Part shown: piece after piece, positions 9,596 through 19,623 of the stretch
Layout: each line of letters starts with the position of its first letter
How positions within the stretch are numbered: the stretch's first letter is position 1
From: a virus
Strand: one strand, 5' to 3'
Virus record (IMG/VR): IMGVR_UViG_3300020205_001800
Coordinates: 36,627-100,626 of that record
DNA: 64,000 bases
Notes under the pieces: model-generated
Databases searched by the model: none
What the model was told of the DNA's origin: nothing
What the model saw: only the letters and a program-made list of their open reading frames with translations
Position numbers and translations under genes: made by a program

Positions 9596-11572
9596 ATGAA
9601 TATTGTTACCACCAAAAAACAACTTGATGAACTTGTTGCCGCATACGATGCGGTAGATTCTTTTGCATATGACGTAGAAACCGTTGGAGATCATCGCGGA
9701 GACCCACGTCAAAATATTGTTGTATGGATTTCTATGGCTACTCATGGTCGAGTCGATGTGATTCCTATGGGCCACCCAAACGGTGAGTACACTCACACTG
9801 ATTATCCTCTTCTACCTTCTGCACATCTTCGTGCTGAAAAAGGTTTAGAACTTCGTTCATCTGATTACAGCAAGGACGAACGCAAGGCAACCCGCGTATT
9901 TACTGAGGCTCCAGACCAGCTAACTCCTGGTGAGGTTTTTAAAGCTTTGAAGCCTCTTCTAATGAGTGACAAGGTTAAGGTAGGGCATAACCTTAAGTTT
10001 GATCTACAAAGCGTTGCTAAGTACATTGGCGGGCTCCCTGCACAGCCTTACGCTTGCACGCTTAACGCATCTTTTATTATTGATAGCCAAAATAGAAACA
10101 ACCTTGGTCTTGATGACTGCCTTAAGCGTGAGTTTGGGTACGAGATGGTTAAGGGTGTTGGTAAGGAAGTGGAGAAGTACAGCTTTACTGAGGTAGCTAC
10201 TTATGCCGCACTTGACGCAGAGTGGACCTGGAAGCTTTGGCTTAAACTATCTGCTCAATTGGATACTGACGGTTTACGAGGAATCTTTAATCTCGAGATG
10301 GACGTCCTAGAAGTTATTTGCAGCATGGAACTCCGTGGGGCAGACATCGACGTTGTAGAACTTACTAAGCTCAAAACTGATCTTGAGATTCAACTGGAGA
10401 CTACAAAAGCTGACATTTATCGGGTAGCTGGTAAACCTTTTAACATTAACAGTGTCCCTGAAAAACAAAAGCTTTTGTTCTCTAAGAAGAGTGAAGGTGG
10501 TCGTGGGCTTCGTCCTAAGGTCCTTACTCCTGCAGGTCAAAAACGTGTTGACAGTGGCGTAGAACCTACTGTGTCTGACTTCTCTGTAGCAGAGCCTGCA
10601 TTGGCTATGTTTAGGGGTAAGGATGCTTTGGTTGATGCACTGTCTAATTACTCTGACCTTAATAAGCTCTTGACAACGTACGTGGTTCCATATCTAGGTG
10701 GGGATATAACACGTACGTTGTCAGGCAAATCTAAAACTGTTGCAAAGAAAAGCCTTTTGTTTAAGGGCCGTATCCATACGGACTTTGTACAGTATGGTGC
10801 GGAGACCGGCCGATTCTCGAGTCGTAATCCAAATTTGCAGAATGTGCCGGCTCCGCATACTGCTAATGGTAAAGCAATTCGTAACCTTTTTGTTGCTCCA
10901 GAAGGATATTCTTTAGTAGTAGCAGACTATTCTCAGATTGAACCTCGTGTAATTGCATCGTTTAGCCAAGACAGAATTATGTGCGGTGCATACATGAATG
11001 GTGAAGACATTTACACAACTATTGGTAATACTATGGGCGTAGATCGTAAAGCTGGAAAAGTTCTTGTACTTTCCCTAGCGTACGGTGTAGGACCTGATAA
11101 GATTGCGGACTCAATTGGCTGTACTCTTGCCGAAGCTCGTAATCTTTTAGACGAGTTTATTCGTAAATTTCCCGCTGTAGCTCGATATAAGCGACAGGTT
11201 GTTAGTGACTGCCGACGCCAAAGCCCTACACCTTTTGCTAGCACTCTACTCAAGCGTCGCCGGTACCTACCAGATCTTAGATCTAACGAGGTTTGGAAAC
11301 GCTCTAGGGCTGAACGGCAAGCATTTAATACCGTTATTCAGGGGTCGGCAGCAGACCTTATCAAAGTTGCTATGATTAGGGCACACAAGATGATCCCTGA
11401 CGAGGCTTCTCTTATCCTTACAATTCACGACGAACTTGTAACTGTAACTCCCACAGAGTTGGCAGAAGAGACTGCGGCACAGATTAAACTTGCTATGGAA
11501 GGTATCAATGCTCTCAGCATTCCGCTGCTTGCAGATATAACGATTGTTAAGCGTTGGGGAGAGGCAAAGTAA
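9596..11572 (+). CDS. polA: Family A DNA polymerase (3'-5' exonuclease + polymerase)
   Basis: ExoI YDVET, ExoII HNLKFD, ExoIII YAALD; TGRFSS, DYSQIE, QGSAAD, IHDE. Confidence 0.96.
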   Translation: MNIVTTKKQLDELVAAYDAVDSFAYDVETVGDHRGDPRQNIVVWISMATHGRVDVIPMGHPNGEYTHTDYPLLPSAHLRAEKGLELRSSDYSKDERKATRVFTEAPDQLTPGEVFKALKPLLMSDKVKVGHNLKFDLQSVAKYIGGLPAQPYACTLNASFIIDSQNRNNLGLDDCLKREFGYEMVKGVGKEVEKYSFTEVATYAALDAEWTWKLWLKLSAQLDTDGLRGIFNLEMDVLEVICSMELRGADIDVVELTKLKTDLEIQLETTKADIYRVAGKPFNINSVPEKQKLLFSKKSEGGRGLRPKVLTPAGQKRVDSGVEPTVSDFSVAEPALAMFRGKDALVDALSNYSDLNKLLTTYVVPYLGGDITRTLSGKSKTVAKKSLLFKGRIHTDFVQYGAETGRFSSRNPNLQNVPAPHTANGKAIRNLFVAPEGYSLVVADYSQIEPRVIASFSQDRIMCGAYMNGEDIYTTIGNTMGVDRKAGKVLVLSLAYGVGPDKIADSIGCTLAEARNLLDEFIRKFPAVARYKRQVVSDCRRQSPTPFASTLLKRRRYLPDLRSNEVWKRSRAERQAFNTVIQGSAADLIKVAMIRAHKMIPDEASLILTIHDELVTVTPTELAEETAAQIKLAMEGINALSIPLLADITIVKRWGEAK

Positions 11573-11991
11573 TGTTTTACAACTGGAAACGAAAGCGTAA
11601 ATTAAAACATATTACGCAGGTATCTTTGCCTGTTCTAATTAGACAAGTTATTTACGATTCAATGCTAACTCCTCCCGAGGGTATTGCTACTGCAATGGGC
11701 CTCCCACCAATCTCAGACGAAGTGTCTGAAATGGAAGAGCGTGCTAGCGAAGAGCGTTTGTCTAAGTTTTCTGCTTTGGTTCCTTTTATAGACTCTCACG
11801 CAGACATCGCAGCCCGTATAGCTACCGCTGCGTATGTTTTAGAAGACTCAGACGAAAATATTGATCAAGAAGAGCTAGATAGCATGACCAGATTATTTAG
11901 GCTTGTATCCCTTGCTTCTTCTCTATCTTGCGTATCAACATTAATTAGTTTAGGCTTAGTAGAATCAAAGGTGGTATCACATGAGCAATAA
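11572..11991 (+). CDS. Hypothetical protein
   Basis: TAATG coupling to polA. Confidence 0.7.
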   Translation: MFYNWKRKRKLKHITQVSLPVLIRQVIYDSMLTPPEGIATAMGLPPISDEVSEMEERASEERLSKFSALVPFIDSHADIAARIATAAYVLEDSDENIDQEELDSMTRLFRLVSLASSLSCVSTLISLGLVESKVVSHEQ

Positions 11992-12367
11992 TTGGTGGGC
12001 TAATAAATTAGGACAGCCTGCGTCAACTAGCAGTACTCCTCCCGTACGACAAGCGCCTAGTGAGGTTTATATACCTAGACCCGGAGATCCGAATACTCGC
12101 GTTTCATATAACCCGGATACCGATCAACTTGTATCTAAAGCAGTAAGTGCTAGAGATGCAGAACGTTGTCCAAACTGTATGTCAGGCAACTACATGGCTC
12201 AAGCAGGACAACGTAAACGTTGTTATGATTGCGGTTACCCAATTGTCCAAGCTGGTAGCGGGGCAGGAATGCCTAGTGGTGCTGGTGGCGGAGCAACAAT
12301 TGCAGCAAAACAAGTCAACCAAGGTGGCGGATTTAATCCAAACGTAATTGTAGATAGGATCGGATAA
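11981..12367 (+). CDS. Hypothetical zinc-ribbon protein
   Basis: CPNC...CYDCG. Confidence 0.7.
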   Translation: MSNNWWANKLGQPASTSSTPPVRQAPSEVYIPRPGDPNTRVSYNPDTDQLVSKAVSARDAERCPNCMSGNYMAQAGQRKRCYDCGYPIVQAGSGAGMPSGAGGGATIAAKQVNQGGGFNPNVIVDRIG

Positions 12368-13425
12368 TGACATTAAACCCAGAAGCATTAAAGATTGCGG
12401 CAAGTATTAATAAAAAACTCGGTGCAAATACAGTTGTTCTTGCAGGGGCAGCTCAACTTCCTACACGTATTCCTACTGGATCCTTGACTCTTGATGTAGT
12501 TTTAGGTGGAGGCTGGCCTATGAATCGCTGGGTAGAGCTTGTAGGTGAAGCTTCACACGGTAAAACAGCTATTGCTTTGCGAACTATTGCGGCAAATCAA
12601 GTAAGAGATCCAAATTTTGCTGCGGTATGGATTGCTGCAGAGGACTTTGATGCCAAGTATGCAGAGCTTTGTGGAGTAGACACCAGTCGTGTGTTACTTG
12701 TAGAAACTAACAGCATGGAGCATGCTTTTGATGCTGTAATCCAATTTATGGAAAGTAAAGCTATTGACATGGTAGTAGTTGACTCTTTACCTGCACTTGT
12801 TCCTGGCGCTGAAGACGATAAAACTATGGAAGAATTTACAGTAGGGCGCGGAGCACAGTTAACTAATAAATTTTTTAGAAAGGTTGCTGCTGCTACTAAG
12901 CGCGATCTTATTGATGCAGAGCGACCAGTACTTGGAATTATGATCAATCAGTATCGTATGAAGATTGGCGTAATGCACGGAGATCCCCGTACAACCCCAG
13001 GAGGCTTAGGTAAAGACTATGCCTACAGCATTCGCGCTGAAGTAAAGCGTGATGACTGGCTTGAGGTCGGAGTTGGTCAAGATAAGCGCCGTGTAGGTCA
13101 GACTATCCGTGTACGTACTATTAAGAACAAGACTTTCCCACCTCAGCAAACAGCTTACTTGGACTTCTACTTTGCTCCTGGTGGGGCTGTAGATGCCGGT
13201 AACTACGATACTGGTAAAGAAATTGTTGCTTTATCCATTCTTAACGGCATTGTTGAACGCCGTGGCGGATGGCTGTATTATGGTGACCGTAAGTGGCAAG
13301 GAGCTCAGGCTCTTATTGACTCCCTCCGGGAAGAGATTGATCTGCGTGAACAGATCAGCGCCGCGGTCATGGACACTCTCAAGTCTCACCCAGCAATTTT
13401 GCTGAATACAGACGATGAAGAGTGA
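12367..13425 (+). CDS. recA: RecA-like recombinase
   Basis: IPTGSLTLD, GEASHGKT, VVDSL, INQYRMKIG, TTPGG, KNK. Confidence 0.95.
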   Translation: MTLNPEALKIAASINKKLGANTVVLAGAAQLPTRIPTGSLTLDVVLGGGWPMNRWVELVGEASHGKTAIALRTIAANQVRDPNFAAVWIAAEDFDAKYAELCGVDTSRVLLVETNSMEHAFDAVIQFMESKAIDMVVVDSLPALVPGAEDDKTMEEFTVGRGAQLTNKFFRKVAAATKRDLIDAERPVLGIMINQYRMKIGVMHGDPRTTPGGLGKDYAYSIRAEVKRDDWLEVGVGQDKRRVGQTIRVRTIKNKTFPPQQTAYLDFYFAPGGAVDAGNYDTGKEIVALSILNGIVERRGGWLYYGDRKWQGAQALIDSLREEIDLREQISAAVMDTLKSHPAILLNTDDEE

Positions 13426-13732
13426 AGGACAAAAGCAATCGCTAAGTCATGAAAAGCGATTGGCAAAGAAGATTAACGGCTCGCGCACAGCTGCTTCTGG
13501 AGCCTTTTGGTCTCGTAAAGGTGATGTAAGAAACGACGAGCTTTTGATTGAACATAAGTGGACAGGTAAAAAATCTGTCACTATTAAATCAGAAGTCTTG
13601 AAGAAAATTACAACTGAAGCAATTCTTGATAGCCGTAAACCGGTATTAGGCTTGCACCTTGATGGTGAGAATTACGTAGTTCTATTAGAGGAGGACTTTT
13701 TCGAACTTCGAAATCTAATAAAAGGTGAGTGA
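13415..13732 (+). CDS. Holliday junction resolvase, PD-(D/E)XK
   Basis: SGA..KGDV...LIEHK. Confidence 0.75.
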   Translation: MKSEGQKQSLSHEKRLAKKINGSRTAASGAFWSRKGDVRNDELLIEHKWTGKKSVTIKSEVLKKITTEAILDSRKPVLGLHLDGENYVVLLEEDFFELRNLIKGE

Positions 13733-14074
13733 ATGAATCCAGACGATCCAGCATGGACGTGGAGATATGAAGCAAAGTGTCGTGGGGTAGATACAGAGAT
13801 ATTTTTTCCACCGCGAGACAGGGCTTTGTATAAGCCAATAGCTGATCAAGCTAAGGCAATTTGCTGGGGCAAGGACGGTAGTCCTCCGTGCCCGGTTCGC
13901 AAAGAGTGTCTAAAAGAGGCTATAGTTAATGATGAACTGCATGGGATATTCGGCGGCATGTCGCACCGAGAGAGAAATGCGGCTCAACGTAAATACAAAA
14001 AGCAAGGCCTAACGTTAGATGAATGGATAAACAAAGATGGCAAGTACAGAGAAACCTCGCATACTTCAGAGTAA
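13733..14074 (+). CDS. whiB: WhiB family transcription factor
   Basis: W..EAKCRGVDTEIFFP...C(8-aa spacer)CPVRKEC...GIFGGMSHRER. Confidence 0.9.
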   Translation: MNPDDPAWTWRYEAKCRGVDTEIFFPPRDRALYKPIADQAKAICWGKDGSPPCPVRKECLKEAIVNDELHGIFGGMSHRERNAAQRKYKKQGLTLDEWINKDGKYRETSHTSE

Positions 14075-14924
14075 AGAGCTTAAGACTTTTCTTAACGCTA
14101 ACAAGCGAGATACACGTTTGATGGGTTCAGTTGAGCGCCATCTTTTAGCAAAACCTTTTGACAATCGACGCATGGATATTATTCATCCGTCTGACATTAT
14201 TAAACCGGAGTGGTGTGCCTTGGCGCAGTATCACGCTATCCGTGGCAACTATATAGAGACTAGAGAAAAGCCTTCTCTACGTCTTGCTTCAATCTTTGCG
14301 GAAGGTCACACTATCCACGCTAAGTGGCAAACTTGGTTACAAGAGATGGGTGTACTTTACGGTTATTGGCAAAAAGGTAACAAGAGGGTTGGACCAAAGT
14401 TGTCGTCTAAAGTTTCTAGTACTCATACGTACGCAGAGTTTCCTTTAGTTAGCGCAAAGCATAAAATTGGTGGACACACCGATGGTTGGGTTAAAGGCCT
14501 GGGCGCAGACTTTTTAATTGAAATTAAGTCTATTGGTGCTGGAACTCTTCGCTTTGAAGCTCCAGCTTTACTTGCTCAAGCCGAGGGAGATCTAGATAAA
14601 GCTTGGCGTAACATTCGTGCGCCGTTTCGTACGCACCAGATGCAAGGGCAGGTTTACTTACACCTTTGTCATTTAATGGTTGAAGAGGGCCTACTAGAGT
14701 CAGCTCCAAAGGAGATTGTCTTTATCTATGAGCTTAAATCTAATCAAGATTACAAAGAGTTCACTGTCAAGTACAACCCAGAGTTCACAGCTGAGATCTT
14801 TGAGAAAGCTATGGATGTATCTTGGGCAGTTGACAACAATCGCCCACCCGTGTGTAGTATTGATCCTGTAAAGGGCTGTACTCGTTGCGAGCCTTATCGG
14901 GAGGTAGAAGATGCCAAAGTATGA
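14037..14924 (+). CDS. Cas4-like PD-(D/E)XK exonuclease
   Basis: PS...C, GHTIH, GHTDG, IEIKS, QGQVY, C-terminal C..CTRC. Confidence 0.8.
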   Translation: MASTEKPRILQSKELKTFLNANKRDTRLMGSVERHLLAKPFDNRRMDIIHPSDIIKPEWCALAQYHAIRGNYIETREKPSLRLASIFAEGHTIHAKWQTWLQEMGVLYGYWQKGNKRVGPKLSSKVSSTHTYAEFPLVSAKHKIGGHTDGWVKGLGADFLIEIKSIGAGTLRFEAPALLAQAEGDLDKAWRNIRAPFRTHQMQGQVYLHLCHLMVEEGLLESAPKEIVFIYELKSNQDYKEFTVKYNPEFTAEIFEKAMDVSWAVDNNRPPVCSIDPVKGCTRCEPYREVEDAKV

Positions 14925-15078
14925 TTTTGTATGTATGCCGTGCGACTCTACTGTAGAAATGCACATGACTATCGATTCAGTCGAACGTCCAGCTTGTGAT
15001 AGATGTGGCAACTTCATGACTAAAGTTTTTACACCACCGGCAGTTCATTTTAAAGGCGGAGGGTGGGGCGGACAGTGA
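14911..15078 (+). CDS. FmdB-family zinc-ribbon protein (not in ORF track)
   Basis: MPKYDFVCMPC...CDRCG...VHFKGGGW; SD GGAGG. Confidence 0.85.
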   Translation: MPKYDFVCMPCDSTVEMHMTIDSVERPACDRCGNFMTKVFTPPAVHFKGGGWGGQ

Positions 15079-15212
15079 GCAAGAAGAAAAAGAAAAGACG
15101 AGCCGGTAAATCGGTTATGAAAATTGGCGGTCGGCTACATCCGATTAAAATTAGGAAATATAATTTTCCTGTAACTGTTACAAAGGTGGGGGCAGATGAG
15201 CATCAGTCGTAA
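15075..15212 (+). CDS. Small basic hypothetical protein
   Basis: GTGA overlap; MSKKKKKRRAGK... Confidence 0.45.
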   Translation: MSKKKKKRRAGKSVMKIGGRLHPIKIRKYNFPVTVTKVGADEHQS

Positions 15213-15681
15213 AGTATTAGACTCTTTGGGAGAGTTAGGAATTAGCTTGTCAGCTAAACCTGGGTACGGCATTCCAGATCTTCCTCGTGACATTACTGAA
15301 CTAGATGATGAAGGTCTTATGGACTTATTCGTACAATTTACTCAGTGGAACGATCACCTTTCAGGTGCGCACGCTCTTGCTGTTATTAACGAACGTGAAG
15401 CTCAACGCAACGTAGATGTTGCAGAAGCTAGGGCAATGATGGCTAACTGGACCGGTGCTAAAGGCGGAGATAAAGTAACCGTTATCAAAGCACAGATTAC
15501 AGCTAGTCCCGAAGTAGATGAGTTGTATGATGATTTAAACACTAAGTATGCGTTTAGAAAACTATTGGAAACTCGCGCTAATAATGTAGAACGTGATTCG
15601 CAGGTAGTAAGCCGTGAATTAACCCGTCGTACATCAGACGGTGGCGGGATGCGATCTAGACAAAGGAAGTTTACAACATGA
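15196..15681 (+). CDS. Helical protein, possible UvsY-like recombination mediator
   Basis: Coiled-coil character; RecA neighbourhood. Confidence 0.45.
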   Translation: MSISRKVLDSLGELGISLSAKPGYGIPDLPRDITELDDEGLMDLFVQFTQWNDHLSGAHALAVINEREAQRNVDVAEARAMMANWTGAKGGDKVTVIKAQITASPEVDELYDDLNTKYAFRKLLETRANNVERDSQVVSRELTRRTSDGGGMRSRQRKFTT

Positions 15682-16220
15682 TCATTGGTCTTACAGGTTA
15701 CGCACAGTCTGGCAAAGATACGGTTGCTAACATTCTTGTAGAAAAATATGGCTATAAACGAGTCGCTTTTGCAGACAAGATTAGAGAATTTTTGTACGAA
15801 ATTAATCCTATGGTTGGGTGCAGCCCCTCAGGCTACTTACGTGATTTAGTAGACCTTAAAGGTTGGGACGAAGCTAAGCAAGAGCCTCAGGTACGCAGGT
15901 TGCTACAAGATTTAGGCGTTGGGGCTAGAAAGTTATTTGGCGATACATTTTGGATTATGGAAGCTCTAGGAGATGTATCTCCACAAGACAAAGTAGTAGT
16001 TTCTGATGTTAGGTTTGAAAATGAAGCCGAATGGATTCAAACATTTCGTGGTCAGATCTGGCGAATTAAAAGACCGGGTGTATCTGCGGTTAACGAACAC
16101 GAGTCCGAGTCACAAATGGACGGGCATAAAGTAGATCAAATTTTTGTAAACGGCGGGTCTATGGAAGATCTCAAAGTATTAATACAAACTAGGATGTCTG
16201 GTTATGCCAAGTCAGAGTAG
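15678..16220 (+). CDS. Deoxynucleoside monophosphate kinase
   Basis: IIGLTGYAQSGKDT, FADKIR, LLQDLG, SDVRFENE. Confidence 0.9.
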   Translation: MIIGLTGYAQSGKDTVANILVEKYGYKRVAFADKIREFLYEINPMVGCSPSGYLRDLVDLKGWDEAKQEPQVRRLLQDLGVGARKLFGDTFWIMEALGDVSPQDKVVVSDVRFENEAEWIQTFRGQIWRIKRPGVSAVNEHESESQMDGHKVDQIFVNGGSMEDLKVLIQTRMSGYAKSE

Positions 16221-16554
16221 AAAACATAGGGGATACAAGTCTCAAAAAATTGTAGCCAACTACCTTGCTGAAAATGGCTGGCCATATGCTGAATCTACTG
16301 GGGCTGGTCGTTCTGGTACTGACGTTACCGGAACTATAGGCATTGACTGGGAAGTAAAAGCACGTACAGGGTTCAACCCCAGCGCTGCTATAAAACAGCT
16401 TAAAGACCGCCATAATGGCAAAGACTTGCCAGTGGCCGTACTACGACTCAACGGCCAAGGAGAGGCTAGTATCGGGGAGTGGCCAGTAATTCTGCGCCTA
16501 GAAGACTTTGTCCAGTTATTAAAAGAAGCTGGATACGCTGACGGAACCACATAA
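16204..16554 (+). CDS. Second Holliday junction resolvase-like nuclease
   Basis: SRKHRG...GTDV...WEVKAR. Confidence 0.75.
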   Translation: MPSQSRKHRGYKSQKIVANYLAENGWPYAESTGAGRSGTDVTGTIGIDWEVKARTGFNPSAAIKQLKDRHNGKDLPVAVLRLNGQGEASIGEWPVILRLEDFVQLLKEAGYADGTT

Positions 16555-16613
16555 ATCACGTACCTTGTTCTTAGGCGGGCGAATCTAATTCGAACCTAAA
16601 GGACTACAAACTC

Positions 16614-16895
16614 GTGATTGATAAAGAAAATGAAGAACAGTTCCTGCGTGTAAGCGCCGGATCTAATGCACAATCCGTTGGATCAGCTATAGCGCATGCT
16701 CTATATGAACGCCCTCAAATTAAATTGAGAGCCGTAGGAGCTTCCGCTGTAAACCAGGCTGTAAAGGCAATCGCTATTGCTAGAGGTTATGTAGCCCCAA
16801 GAGGCTTAGACCTAACTTGCCGCCCAGGTTTTACTACAGTTGACTCCCGCGATGGACAAATTTCTGCAATAGTCTTTACTATTAATGTAAATTAA
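16614..16895 (+). CDS. spoVS: SpoVS family protein
   Basis: LRVSAGSNAQSVGSAIA...AVGASAVNQAVKAIAIARGYVAP.G. Confidence 0.92.
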   Translation: MIDKENEEQFLRVSAGSNAQSVGSAIAHALYERPQIKLRAVGASAVNQAVKAIAIARGYVAPRGLDLTCRPGFTTVDSRDGQISAIVFTINVN

Positions 16896-16940
16896 TATAG
16901 TCTTATCCCAAGAGATCTCTAATCATAGATAGGTACCCAT

Positions 16941-17306
16941 ATGGCACGCTCAACAATTCCTAGTCCTGACGAGGCACTAGCAGGCGCAGCACAGCAAGGC
17001 CGCTCAGTTATGGGCCGTGAAGGCGTAGCCTTTACAGCACCAGGAGCATCAGGAAATACAAACACAACATTGGTTCCCAAAAAGGGAGCACAAGCTGGAG
17101 ACCCAACAGCTGGAGGAAAAGGCACTCGTGCCAACGTTCCTTACACCGGCGAGCGCACAGGCGCTTCATACGGAGTCTCAGGCATGCGATACACAAAGAT
17201 AACAGATCCAGCAGCTGGTGAAACTCAGGCAAATGGAATCATTATCAAAACCGCAACGAACCGCGACCGCTTGAACTTCGATTCTGGAAGTGGCGCTTCG
17301 TACTAA
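16941..17306 (+). CDS. Hypothetical Gly/Thr-rich protein
   Basis: Biased codon use; followed by a terminator. Confidence 0.7.
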   Translation: MARSTIPSPDEALAGAAQQGRSVMGREGVAFTAPGASGNTNTTLVPKKGAQAGDPTAGGKGTRANVPYTGERTGASYGVSGMRYTKITDPAAGETQANGIIIKTATNRDRLNFDSGSGASY

Positions 17307-17321
17307 TTTCGTGTACAGTTT

Positions 17322-17358
17322 TAGGCCTTGGGAGTAATCCCGAGGCCTATTCTGTTTT
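17322..17358 (+). terminator. Intrinsic terminator
   Basis: TAGGCCTTGGGA-gtaa-TCCCGAGGCCTA + TTCTGTTTT. Confidence 0.75.
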
Positions 17359-17370
17359 ACGGAGGTATAC

Positions 17371-17604
17371 GTGTTAGAGAGCTTATATACAGAAGCTAAA
17401 GAACAAGCTAAAGTCAGTAGTTATTGTTTAGTTGGGCAGTGGGCTATGTCCTTAACAGGAAATGATAAAGCAGCGTTTGACGCATCAATTGATGATGTAG
17501 ACTTCTCTACAAGAAGTTTATTTAAGCTATATAAAAAAGCTGGGGCCACCTTCGGGTTAACGTCTTTGCTCACACACCGAAACGGAGAATGCGGATGTCC
17601 TTAG
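17371..17604 (+). CDS. Hypothetical protein
   Basis: SD GGAGG; C..HR..C.C pattern. Confidence 0.7.
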   Translation: MLESLYTEAKEQAKVSSYCLVGQWAMSLTGNDKAAFDASIDDVDFSTRSLFKLYKKAGATFGLTSLLTHRNGECGCP

Positions 17605-18776
17605 CGGATGACTACGATGCAATAATTCAAACAAGTAATCAAGGTTCCGATAAAGCAAATAAAAATATTCCAGAAGCATGGCGTCCACGTTCTGAAATTG
17701 GAACAGACGGTGGCTTTGTTGTTTCAACACCGCGCCCAGATGGCAATACACCTGGTGCTGAAGAAATCTTGCGTGAAGCAAATTTAGATCCTGCAGAGTG
17801 GGCAGTAGTATCACATCGTCGCTCACGTTGGCAGAAGTATGACGGGGACTGGTTAGAATCATTTAGAATCAACGTTGTTCCAGTAAATAGTTCTATAGAA
17901 AAAGATTACGATCTTACAGAATTGCTTCAAACTATTACTAAATGGAAACCTGGCAAGGTTGCAGAAAACAAAGGCGAACTTACTGCGGTGTATAGCATTG
18001 GTGATACCCAATACGGAAAAGACGATACTCCTGCAATCATAGATAGAGTGCTACGTTCTTTAGACGAAGCTGTAGAGCATCATAAGTATTTAACAAAGAA
18101 GTACAACATTGGACAGATTGCATTGCCACAACTTGGTGATTGCATTGAAGGTATGACAAGTCAAAAGGGCAAGGTTATGGGTCGCCACGACATTGGCGTA
18201 TCAGAACAAGTACGAGTGGGGCGTCGCATGCTTCTTGCTCAAATTAAAGCCTTTGCACCATTAGCTGAGAAGATTATTGTTCCAGTGGTTCCAGGTAACC
18301 ACGACGAAGTTCAACGTTTCTTGGTTGGACGGCCAGAAGACTCTTGGCAAATTGATGTAGTTGCATCAGTAGAAGACATTTGTAAAGAAAACGATTTCTT
18401 GCGAGATCGCGTTGAGTTCCGGTATCCGGCTTCAGACGACAGCACTCTTACTATTAACTTAAGTGGAGTTATGTACGGTATGGCTCATGGACACCAAGCA
18501 CGTGACATGGTTAAGTGGTGGGCTGGACAAGCTATGGGCCGTTGTTCTGTAGCACAGGCCGACATACTTAATGTTGGTCACTATCACCATTATCGTTCAC
18601 AAAACGTAGGGCCAAGGTTGTTTATTCAAAACCCAGCAATGGACAACGGTTCCGCATGGTTCCGTGATAAGTCTGGCCTTGAAAGCGCACCAGGAATTAT
18701 TTCTTTAGTGCTTGGCGAAGGTATGGATCCACGCCGTGAGTTGGTAGTACTTGGAGGTGTTAACGATCGTGGATAA
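17589..18776 (+). CDS. Calcineurin-like metallophosphoesterase
   Basis: GDTQ, LGDCIEG, GNHD, HGH, GHYHH. Confidence 0.88.
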   Translation: MRMSLADDYDAIIQTSNQGSDKANKNIPEAWRPRSEIGTDGGFVVSTPRPDGNTPGAEEILREANLDPAEWAVVSHRRSRWQKYDGDWLESFRINVVPVNSSIEKDYDLTELLQTITKWKPGKVAENKGELTAVYSIGDTQYGKDDTPAIIDRVLRSLDEAVEHHKYLTKKYNIGQIALPQLGDCIEGMTSQKGKVMGRHDIGVSEQVRVGRRMLLAQIKAFAPLAEKIIVPVVPGNHDEVQRFLVGRPEDSWQIDVVASVEDICKENDFLRDRVEFRYPASDDSTLTINLSGVMYGMAHGHQARDMVKWWAGQAMGRCSVAQADILNVGHYHHYRSQNVGPRLFIQNPAMDNGSAWFRDKSGLESAPGIISLVLGEGMDPRRELVVLGGVNDRG

Positions 18777-19491
18777 AAAGATTATTTTTAAAGCGCGAGA
18801 TAAGTACGGATTTGACACGCAACCTCGTCCTTACCCAGCAGCACAAAACCTACCTGACTGGTGGAAAGACGCTGCTCCGTATATGAAGTCACCTAAAAAC
18901 CCAGATGGAAAAAAGCTAATTGTTAGCCAAAGAGTTTCTAACGCTGGGTTTAAGAAGTGCTACCCAATGCTCGATGCAATGTTGTCAGGTTACATTATTC
19001 CTCTATGGGCAGATGTTCAAGTATCTTGGGATGAAAAAGGTAACCCCCTAATTAACTCTAGAACCCATGCCCAAGTATTCTCAATGCACGGGCACTCGGC
19101 TAGGGATGTGCATCCTCCGGTTGGTTACACTAATTTTGTATACAAGTATATTAATACTTGGATTCCTATTACTCCGCCAGGGTATTCTGTACTGGTTACA
19201 CCGCCCTTTGGTCATAGAAACTTACCTTTTCAAGCTATTCCAGCAATTGTAGATAGCGATAAGTCCAGTTTAGAGATTGTTCCTCCCATGTGGCTTAAAG
19301 AAGGTTTTGAAGGCATTATAGAAAAAGGAACGCCTTTAGTTCAGATTACTCCGTTTAAGAGAACTTCTTGGAAAGCTGAGTTTGAGTACTACGATGGTCA
19401 TGACTATCAGACTCTTCAGGAACGAAACTTTAACGCAAATATAGTTAACCATTATGTTAGAAACGCGTGGTCTAAAAAAGACTACAAGTAA
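18751..19491 (+). CDS. Conserved phage hypothetical protein (beta-rich)
   Basis: KKCYPMLDA...TPPGYSVL..P...GTPLVQITPFKR. Confidence 0.7.
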   Translation: MEVLTIVDKKIIFKARDKYGFDTQPRPYPAAQNLPDWWKDAAPYMKSPKNPDGKKLIVSQRVSNAGFKKCYPMLDAMLSGYIIPLWADVQVSWDEKGNPLINSRTHAQVFSMHGHSARDVHPPVGYTNFVYKYINTWIPITPPGYSVLVTPPFGHRNLPFQAIPAIVDSDKSSLEIVPPMWLKEGFEGIIEKGTPLVQITPFKRTSWKAEFEYYDGHDYQTLQERNFNANIVNHYVRNAWSKKDYK

Positions 19492-19492
19492 T

Positions 19493-19526
19493 AAAAAAAC
19501 CCCCGGCTAATAACCGGGGGTTTTTT
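19493..19526. terminator. Bidirectional intrinsic terminator
   Basis: A7-CCCCCGG-ctaataa-CCGGGGG-T6 between convergent genes. Confidence 0.9.
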
Positions 19527-19527
19527 A

Positions 19528-19623
19528 TTAATCTTTATCTGCCCACCAACAACCTATTACGGTTGCTAGTACTAACGTAACAAGGAATATTCCTTGAAAG
19601 GTTATATGGGTTAGGTAGTACAT
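19528..19623 (-). CDS. 31-aa single-TM protein (not in ORF track)
   Basis: MYYLTHITFQGIFLVTLVLATVIGCWWADKD; TAATG-coupled to the amidase. Confidence 0.55.
   Translation of the reverse strand: MYYLTHITFQGIFLVTLVLATVIGCWWADKD

Noticed and set aside
9770-9920. Intein or intron in PolA (insertion in the exonuclease domain); RecA, DnaB, RNR and TerL also checked
   Set aside because: The insertion is ~45 aa with no C/S...HN splice motifs. The other genes are uninterrupted and of normal length.
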